Source: Sphyrna mokarran
Lineage: Eukaryota
DNA: 64,000 bases
Assembly: GCA_024679065.1 (NCBI GenBank)
Contig: JAGIQG010000006.1
Location: 93,186,001 to 93,250,000 of the forward strand
Direction: 5' to 3'
The position numbers and the translations under genes are program-made. This document shows positions 36,011 to 47,700 of the stretch, piece by piece (the first letter of the stretch is position 1; each line of letters opens with the position of its first letter). The notes under the pieces are model-generated. The model did no database searches. It was not told the origin of the DNA and saw only the letters and a list, made by a program, of their open reading frames with translations.

Positions 36011-38959
36011 GAAGAGAGCTCCTCTTAACCTTCATGGTTCAAATGAAAAGATTTCTCGGTTCTCAGGGTTGCCTTCATAAGTTACGCTTCCCTGGCATCG
36101 TCTTCCTGAATAACATTTCCATGGTTTTGCCATTTTCCTTCATTAAGTCAGCAAAAAAAGTAAAGACAAATCTTGACTGTTTTATTATCAGTTTACCATT
36201 ACCTCTTTGCTTTTCTTTCTCTTTGCCTTCTTTCACTTTCTTTTCTTTACTAGCCCCTTCTAGAATTATTGCTTACATTTGATTTTTGTCTTTACCTGGA
36301 TCTTTTTTATTTTGCTCTCCTCCAGATGTTTCCTCACTTTGCCATGGTTCTGAAGCGTTTGGCCTGAATCAGGTTTATCTAGCTGATAGGTGGGCTAATA
36401 TTAGATATTCACTGTATGAACAAATCAGATGTATGTACCAGCACCACCTCTCACTCAATGCGCACACAACTAGTCTACAGTGGGATTAATGCATGGCTCT
36501 GGAGTATGGAATCTGCTGCTTTTTTAAAAATGATCAAACTTTGGGCTGGTCCATATGGATTTCTGTCTATACGTATCGCTTGGCATTTCTCGTGAATAAT
36601 ATCACTTGTCTTCAGTACACCTATATCCCAGATCAGCATAAATTATTTTGAATACGCCAAAAAGCTTGCAGTAAGGAGCATGCACAACACTATCGGAGTA
36701 TAAGAAGCAAAATTACACTCAGTTCAAAAACTCTAGTTAATAATCGATCTTTTCTCAAGGTATGACTTTGTATTACGTCTAGGCTTCAACTATTTTCACT
36801 TGCATCTTAAGGTAATGCTGTGAAAACATTATCTTAATACATAAGGAAGTAATTCAGATGTTATACAATCATTTGTTTATTTCATATCTGTTTACTATTC
36901 CCAATTTCAATTGAAAAACACTACCCCTTTAGCTTGCAACTCAGTTGCATATGCTAGATTGGCAATGGGAGGGAATTGTCTCACAGCAGATTTGCTTAAG
37001 CACCCCCCCACCATGGTATCTGAGGGCCCTAGTTGGTGGGCAGAGGATTCACCAACCTCACATACCAGAGTCTGCTTCACTTCCGTTTGAATAAAATGGC
37101 AATCCTTCTGGGCTCAGTGGAGAAGCTCTTCAGTTGAGTATTGCTGTTCAAAGAAGCTATTAAAGTTAACGACGTGGAACACACATGGGAGTAGGTAACT
37201 TACACTGAAAACATTATCCCCATGGTCATTTTTCCTTTAATTATGAATTTTTGTTTGGTGTGTGAAATAACCCTAGAGGCCAGTTAGAAGTTACACCCAG
37301 CGTTTGTTTTATATTTTTTTCAAAGAACTGTGCACATATGTCGATTTGCCTCTTAAAGTGGAGCCTGCTATAAAGAGAACAAGCTTAAGTCCAAATTAAA
37401 CGAAACATCAGACATACTTCATTCTGCGTCCTCAAATTACTTGATCATTATCACAGCACTTACTGCAGATTTTTCCACATTTCAACACACTTTGTTGTTG
37501 GGAGGAACATATCCATTTATAAAAACATTGAAAATGTATCTCTCAAAGAATATTGGGCAGAGTAGTAGGTTAGAACACTGTACTTGCACATCAAAAACCA
37601 TGCTCAAGTCTAAGGAATGAAGATCTCTACTTTTTGCTTTCTGTCAAATTCTTTCCCAAATTTAACAATTCTAAGTTATTTCCAGGTGATAGAGGATAAC
37701 AGTGGAAAAAGCCAGATTTTTGTGTTTGGGGAAGAAGAAAATAAGATTTAATGCCACCATTTTTCAGTCCCAATTCTGTCCTGGGACTGCTAGCGCATGT
37801 GTTCTCACCCTACATTGCGTGAAGATGGCACTGCCACCTGAGATGGAAATAGAGACAGGCCCATTTCAGAATGGGCAAATTAAAAACCCTACCTCCGTTC
37901 CCAAAATTCTTCAGCCCAGTGCTCCTGATGCAATTAATAGATCATCTATGAATATTTCTGACAACTAAGTTCTCTCATTCACACTTCCTCCTTCCATACT
38001 TCACCTTCCACACTTTCATCCACCTCATCCTCTCACTTGCTCATCTCCCCACACCCTCATTCCTCTACCTCCTCACTCCCTCAACCTCCCTCACCCTCAC
38101 TTGTCCATTTTATGAATAAAGCTCAAGCTCTCTTATAACAGTTGGAAGCTGTTGGATAGCCCATAACTAAACAAACAGATTTTTTGCATCATCTGTATAA
38201 TCAAACTAAGTGTCTGTAAAAATGATAAGGCAGTTAGATTGTAGCCAAGAGCCCATAAAACACTCCAGTAAACAAGCAAACTTCAGAACTGTTATCTCAA
38301 TAAACATCTAGACAGATTACATAAAAGCAATGGGAACATATATATTTATACATTGTTATCATGGTAGGCTTACCCTTTCAACAGCTTGAAATGCACTGTA
38401 CCATTTTATTATTGAATATTTTTAACTCATCTGCAAATATTCCCACATATAGTGTGTTGATCTTTTTTGTGACAGTTTCTCAGTTGGTTAAAAATAACAA
38501 TGTGAGAAAAACATTCTTCAAAGGGCAATTACATCTTCCAATTTCAGAACTGTTATAACTCAACTTAATGAACATGATATTACTCATGCTGCAACATTTA
38601 ATAATGAACTATCAAGTAGGCAAACCACTTGATTCATCTTACAAACTCCAGCTCCAAACCATGATTCCTCTATATAGTTAGTATAAAACCCAACAGCCTC
38701 TCAAGTTTGGCTGCCTCCGTGATAATTACAAAAATACTGAGACAAACTCTTAATGAGCCCAGAACGCTGTTGGTGGCCTGCTTCATCAGACGTGGTGAGT
38801 TCCAGAGTTCACCCTCCTTCCTGACCTTGTGAAAATGGCTAAGGGCTGAAATGGATGTGGGGTTCTGACCAACTTGCTGTACCCATTTTTATCTATTCTC
38901 ACCCATTTGGTTCAGATCATCAGCAGGAAAATTGAGCCAGAATATCTAATATTCTATTG

Positions 38960-39725
38960 GGCTGGATAGAAGATGGGAATCCCAGCACTCTATGCTGTCA
39001 AGGGAAGTTCACCCATGAACCCAACAGCCACCCCACTGCAATTTCACACTGGAATCAGCGTTAATTGCTTTAAGACAATATTTCTGCCCCCTTTCTTGTT
39101 TTTTACAATTCTTTCACAGATGTAGGCAAGGCCCATTTTATTTGTCCACCCCTAATCACCCTTTAACTGAGTAGCTTAATTCAGAGGACAGTTAAGAGTC
39201 AACCATGCTGCTGTCCCACCTTAGAGAACTGCTGGATAATCTGATGGCTGGTAGCTCTGAAGTCCCAACAGTCTGGGGATGATTACCATGGCTTGGAACT
39301 GTTGGAACTCCCACCACAATGAGGAGCCCAGGCAATACCGGGGTTGAAATTTTGGAGGAAAGTTGGGGTACCCAGAATAAAAAGACAAGGCAAGAAGATA
39401 TCCTGGAAGGATGCCTTGGATGACCTAGAAGGCCTGCAATGGAAGTTCCGCTCCCATCTCCTCACCCTTGCTGAACACCAGCCCATATAGCTAAAAAGTG
39501 GCACACAGATGGGTCACAAACAGAGGACAGTGGGATGAAGCCCTCAAGTGGCCTATAATTGGCCACTTAAGGTTCTCAATTGACCCAAGGGTGGGCAGGC
39601 TCCTTCCCTGTGAGATATTTGAGAGAGATTGGGAGCAGATGGGCAGGCAGCGGTGAGACCATCAACTGCATTTATGTGACCCTCTGCCTTCAAAGTTGCT
39701 GGCAGGGAAGCATAAAATTAGCTGA
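38960..39725. mobile_element. Probable non-autonomous Harbinger-like relic containing a SINE tail fragment (about 39100-39215)
   Basis: Ends GGGCTGGAT... and ...AAAATTAGC with an internal GGCCTATAATTGGCCACTTAAGG motif. Similar degenerate blocks occur near 12830-13605, 26825-27290, 37705-38940 and 55500-56000. Confidence 0.35.
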
Positions 39726-40939
39726 AGGGCCTGTTTCCCATGTTGTTAAAATCCAGACCAATGGTTTGGACTTGAGAATCAGCAGAGAAGTGATAGTACT
39801 TGCCACTGACTTTGGGGCAGCAAAAATGCCCACAGATCTAGTATACCCTTGTCATGTGGATTTCACCTTTCCTAATAATTTGATTTTGGCTTCAGCTCTA
39901 TGGGATCTGCAAAAGTGTCCAGCAAAAGTGATATCATCAAGCAGGCTGTGCAATCAATCACTGTGCAATATGTTCACTTTTTATACTTTTGCAGAAAGCA
40001 AATGAAACATTGGGACATACATGTCAGAAGATGTTAATATGCTGAGAATCTCAAACAATTTTATTTAATTTAATTTTTTGTTAGTTAAAAATCTGTGACT
40101 TGGAGTAATTGGACTTTTAGCAAACGTACAATTAAGTTTACAGGGTGAGAAAGGCTATTCAGTAATATGACTTGGTGAGCCAGTACCTCGGTCAACAAGA
40201 GATTACTTTATCAAGAGATTTTATAGTAAGAATAATAGCATAAAAATGGTAGTTCACGTCAATCCACCTTTTGTACTGTGAGGACTTCAGCAGCACACTC
40301 TGCTCATAGCAATTTCTGAACTTTCATGTTTACCTGTACAGAGATCGCTGTCTGTTCCATCAACTGACAGTCTTGACATCATTACAACCTCAGAATCTGG
40401 ACTGCTATTTCCTGGGCTGCCCGGATAAATAGTGAAAAGATTCAACACAACATGCTTTACATGTAAGCTAGAGAAAGCAAGCAGGACTTAGTAGCAGAGG
40501 GAGAGTGTTGACACTGAAATTTTGTTTGGTGAGCCAGGAAGCAGTTTTGTGGAAATTTCTGAGGAATTGTAGTCAGTTGAATGATGTCCATGTTGGGTAG
40601 ATTGTACATATGATTACTTGTGGAAATAATGTGCTTAATAGAATAAGTACTTGAATGATTGAGCTTTTTTCATATTCTATTTAATCAAGATTCCATTGGC
40701 AATTGCTGAGAAAGTATACTAATGTTTGTTACATTAAATAAGGAATATGCAAATCTGTGTGTGGTAAGATGTCATACTGAAACAACAGGGAGAAATTTGT
40801 TTTTCTATGGTGGTAGTACACTTGTGAAAGTACAGGAAGTGCATTACTTCACGTTTACCTGAAGTAATGTCTGATTTATTAACGTTCATTACTGGCACTG
40901 GCTTTTAAACTGAAAACATTTGATTCCCAACACCAATAA

Positions 40940-41278
40940 GGGAGGTGATGGCCTAATGGTATTATTGCCAGACTATTGATCCAGAAACTGAGGACCTGGG
41001 CTCATATCCTGCCATGGCAGATGGTGGAATTTGAATTCAATGAAGAAAATCTTGAATTAAGAATCTACTGATGATCATGAAACCATTGTCAATTGTTGGA
41101 AAAACCTATCTGGTTCATTAATGTCCTTTAGGAAAGGAAATCTGCCATGCTCATCTAGTCTGGCCAATATATAATTCCAGAAACACAGCAATGTGGTTGA
41201 TTCTCAGCTGCCCTCCAAAGGCACAATAAATGCTGGCCAGCCAGCGACACCCGTGTCCCATGATTGGATTTAAAAAAA
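40940..41278 (+). mobile_element. Second tRNA-derived SINE family, near full length
   Basis: Head GGGAGGTGATGGCCTAATGG (A box), GGCTCATATCC (B box), body GGTTCATTAATGTCCTTTAGGAAAGGAAATCTGCC, tail CAATAAATGCTGGCCAGCCAGCGACACCC then poly-A. Reverse copy at 62125-62500. Confidence 0.85.
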
Positions 41279-41555
41279 CTCAACTGAGATTACAAAATCA
41301 TATTCATAAATACTTGTATTTAAAGAAATCATCTCTATATTTATTTTGCTTTTTGACATTGGCCCCTTTAAGACTTTGCTTTGTTCCCATTTCAATATCA
41401 ATAGAAATGTAAAATCTTATTCAGACATGTAATTAGTTTTTATAACTCCGTGGAGCATCTATGCACTAAAATCACTGCTTCTTTTTGTTGATTTTTTTTA
41501 GCGCTGCGATTACAACTGCAGTTTACTTTGTGATTACAAAGCTAACCTAAACTGA

Positions 41556-41574
41556 TGGAGCCCTCCAGCGGTCA
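41556..41574 (-). promoter_or_regulatory. Candidate CTCF site
   Basis: Minus strand TGACCGCTGGAGGGCTCCA resembles the CTCF core TGGCCASYAGRKGGCRSYA and lies in unique CpG-retaining sequence. Confidence 0.4.
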
Positions 41575-43044
41575 CATCATTTAACAGTTTTCCAGTTACA
41601 TTTTCCATAATGTCTCTTCGTTAACTGAAGCAAATTATCACCACAAATCAACGATCATTTTGATCCTTGATATAATCTCTGATTTTTACTTTCAAGAGTT
41701 AAGGTTTGAGGAAAAAAATCCTGCCGTTCTCCTTTGAAATATGCGATACTGTTTTCCTAAACTGATGTATCTTACGCTAAGAGTATAGCTGTTCGCATAT
41801 TATTAACTTTCCATCCAAAAGTGCTGTTAGCTTCCACAGGACAATAACCATAAAGAGAAACCTAATGTCATCTCCTAGTGTGAATGAGAGAGAAAGATAA
41901 TGCAAGGATCCATTAGATTTCAAACCAGCAAAGGGAAGTTTATGTCTGTTTTTTATTAATCAACTAATGACCCCAAGGCATTCCATATGTATTCATTAAC
42001 ACAGCTGTTGTTGGTCAGGAAATGACAGTAAATGGTACAATTCACATAAGAACATTGATTCCATTGCTGTTACGGATAATGAGATTAGCACAAATAAGCG
42101 CTAACTGCACAGCATGGAGGACACAGCCTTATATTCTCAACTGGGCAGCGACTATAAAAAACATTACTGTATTATACATACAGAGGACGATCTCATAGTA
42201 CCATTCAACATTTGAAGATATCTGGTGAATGCTCTATTAGAGAGCAACAATCAGTAATAGATCAATGACTGCAAGCAATTGCTGTAGTACGTTTGTGACG
42301 CTGGTTAAAGCATTTGCTGGTTGGTGGATAAATTTCAAATGAACTGTTTTGGTAAGATGTAACGGCCTGTAGTTAACGTTAACGAGAATTCAATTAGTGC
42401 AGCCATTACTCGGTTTGATCAATTTTTTTGATCAATAATTTGTGCACATATCTATTTTCATTTTGTGAGGAATTGTGCTCAATGTGATCAATTCTCCATA
42501 AGACCTTTTTGTTTTGCCTCTCTTAGTATGTGAAAATAAAACTTCTGTTGTCAGAGTGGGAAAATCTCCGAATGTTGGCCAAGTTTAAGAGTCCGTGTCT
42601 GTCATAATTCTGTCCAATGATTTGGGCCAGTATGACATCCTATGACAATCTCCATTAATTTCTACGTGTACCATGTGTAACCAGCTTCCTGTAACTTGCA
42701 ACAAATATTCTGGGTATAGTGGGGGTGAGATTAACTCTCGTAACGAGCAGAAGAGGTTCAAGGTGAATGTTGTTTAACGAAAAAGGAAAGGAACTCCCAC
42801 CCAGAGTACGTTTTTCTGACCTTTTGCAGAGCAATGTTTTATACCGATGTCCTGCTCGCAGAGGCAGAGTGGCTCAATACAATTTTTAAAACAGTCTCCA
42901 GCAGCCCAGTTGAAAGCCTGACTTCACTTTAATGGGAATTTTCCTTATTTTACACCAAGTGAGATAGTGGGGTGCGAAATTGTCATTTTCCCGCCACTTG
43001 CAATGGCGAGTTTTTGCACTCCACTTCCTGCCTCACTCATCATG

Positions 43045-43575
43045 CAAAGACCTCTGATTTCACTGTCCTGCCGTCACCTCTGTGCTCCCTCATTTCTGAA
43101 GGAAAGGTTTGGTCATTGGCTGACGGCTTCTCGGCAGTGTTGGCATTCAGTGCAGAAAGAGGATGAAATGATCTGGCTCATGCTGTCAGGTTAAGTCAAC
43201 CACCTCAACACCCTTAACTCTCACTCCTCACACATTCACAAGGATCTCATTCATTGCCAGGTCAAGGGACATCACTCAGTCGCTCATATATTTTTTCATA
43301 TCCTCTGCAGATTGCGCACACATTCTGCCAAGCATCATTCTTATCCAGCATCGACAATATTTTGCTTTTAGCATTCTCATCTGGCTTGGCAGGTGCCTTG
43401 TTCATAGTCTCTCCATCTGTCTTTGTGCTGGACAAGCTCACATACAAGAGGCCCAAGAACAGTGGGTGCTGGAAATCAAAGTCCTCAATGAGTTGGAGAC
43501 CTGAGTGATCATGCTGGCTGGAGAGGATGTTGACCTTGCCTGTGGTGACAGTCAGGTTGGCAGCAAACATGCAGG
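43045..43575 (+). pseudogene. Harbinger Myb/SANT-like DNA-binding protein remnant (spliced)
   Basis: CAGTGCAGAAAGAGGATGAAATGATCTG is QCRKRM(N)DL with a frameshift, followed by donor AG|GTTAAG. Downstream DKL...EIKVLNELET*VIMLAGEDVDLACGDSQVG ends at donor AG|GTGAGA. Confidence 0.65.
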
Positions 43576-44927
43576 TGAGAATCTTGCACCAGTTCATCCC
43601 TCACTCAATGTACCGTGAGTGCATTATCATGATTTTTTTATTTGGTGCAGTGTATAACGAGAGATATGCTCATAATGGAAAGGGTCATATATTGTGCAAC
43701 TCCATCTGCTCTCTGGCAGAGTTTTCATGCTTTGAGACTATTCTCAAAACTTGTGAATGCTGCTGTCAGTCAACTGCATTTTGACTTTGAGAGTACAACT
43801 ACTAAGCTCACCAATACTGTGGCACCTTACTATTTCAAGGTGATGAAGTTTAGGCCCTCTTAGCCACATCATTGTCCTGGCATTCGAATGTCAAACCTTG
43901 AGTGTCTCCCACCCTGCAGTTATAGTTCTGACAGCATTATGGTTCTTTTCACAAGATAGGGATACTGCTGTGCATCCCCTTACCTGAGCACTCACTGAGG
44001 TCATTGATATTAATCCCAAGTAATGATTTCTGGTGTCATGAGAGGCTTTGCACTATTCTAGAAGGACAAGCAGTTGCATTAGACAATGTGGGAGGGGAGC
44101 AATGGCATAGGAGCAAAATGTACCAAAGTTGAAGTGTGTTCTTTATTAGGAATGATACGTGCCCTTGTGGGATTCATGGTGTTAGAGCACTTTGGACTTT
44201 GCAAGATGCATGACTAGCCAGGAGGGCACAATTTTGATGTCTGACCAAAAGATATTTGATGTCGTCATGCCCAGACATCCATATGAAGCTGAGGGTTAAA
44301 GCAGTGAGGGATCTTTGATTGGGAGTGCTGGATATTGGTGTGATTGAAAGAATGCACAACAGCGAACTGAACTATCACTAAATGAATTTACAACAGACAG
44401 CTCAGCCATATCCAAATGGATTCACAACAATGGAATGTCATTGGATATCTTGTGTCAAGTGCAAATCATTTGATTGACCATTGACATTACACAGAATGCA
44501 TAGTTCCATTGCTTCACCTTGAGAAGTCTTGTTGCATTGAAAGTATACAGCAACAAGACCACTGAGGATCGATCGACAGTTCCTGGCTATTGTAGGCTGC
44601 TATTGAGATTGAGATGCTGAAGAGACATTTGAAGAGGCAGCACCTTCTGACATCTGATTCCAGGATTTCCTTCTCTTGGAAGTACTTAATCTCAGCAAGG
44701 ACACAAATCGCTGAGGTTGATCACCCTTCAAAGGATCAGGACAATGTGAACTTGATGTGTCGTCATTCCCTCTTATGTGAGAGTACATGGGAAAAATGAG
44801 AGGAATTGCAATGCTGGTGTTTATGTTGACCCTTGATACAAGCATTTGCCCAAGAAGGGACACACTACAACTCTTCATTCTCCTGGTGGAATCTGGTGAC
44901 TATCAAGGCTTCACGTACACACCTGCC

Positions 44928-46017
44928 TCATCTAGCCCGTGCTATGACCTCATCTTCCTCGAGCTCATCACTCTCATCCCTTTCGAGATCCTCCTCAGCA
45001 GGGGAGATGTGCAGTTCCTCCAAGTTGTCATCTGACAAGTCCTCCTCTTCCTTTTGCAGAGCCAGGGTCAAGCAAGCCACAATGATCAGGGAGATTCTTC
45101 GGGAACGGTCCTGGAGTGATCCACCAATTCTACCCAAGAATCAGAATTGCATCTTTAGGATTCCTGTGGTGTGCTCTATAAATATTCAAAGAGCACCATG
45201 AGCCTTATTGTAACTTCTTTCTGCAGGAGTCTGAGACCGTTGCATTGGATGTCATCTGCCACTTCTTTTATGGGTATCCCTTGTCTGTTTGGTTTCTCGA
45301 AGATATCCAAAATCTGTTGTTTTGTCAAGATGTATGAGTTGTGGACACTTCTTGGGTACCCGGTGCATAATCAGTTTCTTATTGTCGCAGATCAACTGCA
45401 CATTGAGCCAGTGGTAGCCTTTCCAGTTTATGTATAGCAGAGCCTTTTGCCAAGGAGCTTTTAAAGGCACATGAGTGCAGTCAATGACACCTGCATTTGT
45501 GAAAATTGGGTGATTTCAGTAAAGTCCTGAGCTTAGGCATCCTGGTGTGCTTGATCTTTGTTAAAGTTTTTGCCTTGGCAAAAAGGGCATTTGTGGCCTC
45601 ACAAATACATATATGTTTGGATATTTAAGAGATCTCACAAATTCCTATTGGTGCCTGGGAATGAGCCACAGGCATTGAAGTTCAGAGTGGCTGTTAATTT
45701 TCTAGCCATTGAAAATGAATACCCTCCCATGGCATTAATTCCCAGAGTATCCAGAGATCCCTGGACTTGCAGAGCCATTGTGACAATGGCTGTCGCTCAT
45801 CTGCAGATCAATGTTCTGTAGATCCTGAATCTTATGAACCACCTATACATGTCGTCTCTGTGAGTGTCATCCCCTGTGTCCAGAGGAAGTCTTGTCGGCC
45901 CTTGGTCTTGAGGCTCTTGATCCTCCCTTTGGTGATCCAGACGTCTCCATCACAATCTTCTCATTCTTCACTTCTGTCTGAAGCAATCATGCAGCCAGTG
46001 ACAAATCCAACTTCCAT
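44928..46017 (-). pseudogene. Harbinger DDE transposase (HARBI1-like) remnant
   Basis: Minus-strand motifs KLTATLNFNACGSF, GVIDCTHVPLKAP, YINWKGYHWLNVQLICD, LKMQF..GRIGGSLQ...ISLIIVAC and an acidic tail. Multiple stops and frameshifts. Confidence 0.85.
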
Positions 46018-47215
46018 CTTCTTGCAGTATCAATGAGAAACAGACAAGAGTCAGCATTAGACTCCTAAAGTTTTCTTTCTGTCAAAGACTCAACAGTGAA
46101 TGTATGTTTAAGGGAATTGTTTCCATGTCAAGAGTATTCGTCCAGAAATGATGGATGTGCAAGGTATGTTTCAACATGATGGATTTGTATAGCATTGCTT
46201 TGACCAGGTGTTTGAATGTGCTGCATTCAGCCTCATTCACTGCATTCTAATATTACACTTTTGGAAATAAACATGAGGGAAATGTTCATTCAGAAAATGA
46301 GATTAGTTGAGGGGAGGGGCCCTAAGGTTTTTCTTCAGTGAACTGTCCAGCACAAATGTTCTAACAGGCTACTGAAGCTGCCACTTTATTGCCCAATTGT
46401 TTCTGAGTTCATTTTGACCCTGGGGAGTTTCCATGCTGTGAACACAGTGTTAATACAAGGGGATCAATTAAAAAGTCGAAATAGTTTTCATGTGAATGAG
46501 CATCATTGCTTGACTTTGCTGATACCATGTGCTGTCATTGAAATGTTCCTAACATTTCTCAGTTGTGTGTCTCTCTCTCTCTCTCTCCTTGTTTAGGGAT
46601 GCACACAATTTAATTGGATGCTCCTTCATTTGGCCCACTGCAGTGCCTGCCCTCCCATTAGGTTGGAAGATGGTGGTGCTGTACTCTCTCACTTCCGGAC
46701 TGGCTTGGACCCTCCCTGTATGAGCGTGGAAAACACTCCCCATTACCACCACCAACCCCTTCTCCCCATTATTCTGTAGGAGCTTAGTTTTCCAGTTTCC
46801 CTCCTTCACTGAACACTCTATCCACTCCTGTACTCCTTGATTCTATTGTGTTTCTGGTGCATGTTTGTTAACTCCTAAATGTTTTAAAATTGTTGTGCCT
46901 ATGGTTCACATAGACTTCGCCCATCTCCATTTAAAGGCCACTTAAATTGCCTGGCATATACCTACCTGCCTCCCTCACCCTCTTCTCCTGCCAGTCACAT
47001 GTTGGAGTATTACCTTCACCACTTGTTAGCCCCAGTATAGGTCTAACTTGGGAACCGCTTCTCCTATCTGACGCCATTTCAGCCCTTCCCTAGTACAGGC
47101 CCTAGTTTTGCAAGCATTGCTCTGTCAAAGGCCAGTTGTCCCTACTTCTCCAGTTTAGTCCTTGCCCTGCAGTCCATGAAAAGCCTCCCCCGCCTTATCA
47201 TAGATAGGGTCTTGC

Positions 47216-47700
47216 ATAAGAACATAAGAAATAGGAGCAGGAGTAGGCCATCTAGCCCTTTGAGCCTGCCCCGCCATTCAATAATATCATGGCTGATCTG
47301 AAGTGGATCAGTTCCACTTTCCCGCCTGCTCCCCATAACCCTTAATTCCCTTGTCTATCAGAAATCTATCTACCTGTGACTTAAGTATATTCAACGAGGT
47401 AGCCTCCACCACTTCAATGGGCAGAGAATTCCAGAGATTCACCACCCTTTGAATGAAGAAATTACTTCTCAACTCTTTTCTAAACTGCAACCCCCCCCCC
47501 CCACCTTATTTTGAGGCTATGCCCTCTAGTTCTAGTTTCCTTTCTAAGTGGGAAGAATCTCTCTACCTCTACCTATCTAGCCCTTTCATCATCTTGTAAG
47601 TCTCTATAAGATCCCCCCACCCACAACCTTCTAAACTCCAATGAGTACAGACCCAGTCTATTTAATCTCTCTTCATAAGCTAACCCCCTCATCTCCGGTG
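47216..47700 (-). mobile_element. Young CR1 3' fragment, same subfamily as 21720-22757
   Basis: CATAAGAACATAAGAAATAGGAGCAGGAGTAGGCC terminus and FRKELRSNFFIQRVVNLWNSLP. High similarity by eye to the reverse complement of 22300-22757. Confidence 0.92.

Larger units (their letters stand above)
42930..46100. mobile_element. Fossil autonomous-type PIF/Harbinger transposon with convergent Myb/SANT and transposase genes
   Basis: Both component pseudogenes are present (listed separately). TIRs were not confidently located, so the boundaries are approximate. Confidence 0.8.

Noticed and set aside
39580-40005. 141-aa ORF
   Set aside because: Non-ATG start, overlaps a repeat relic, no recognisable motif.
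44928-46017. Domesticated HARBI1 gene
   Set aside because: Reading frame is broken by many stops and frameshifts, so it is a transposon fossil.
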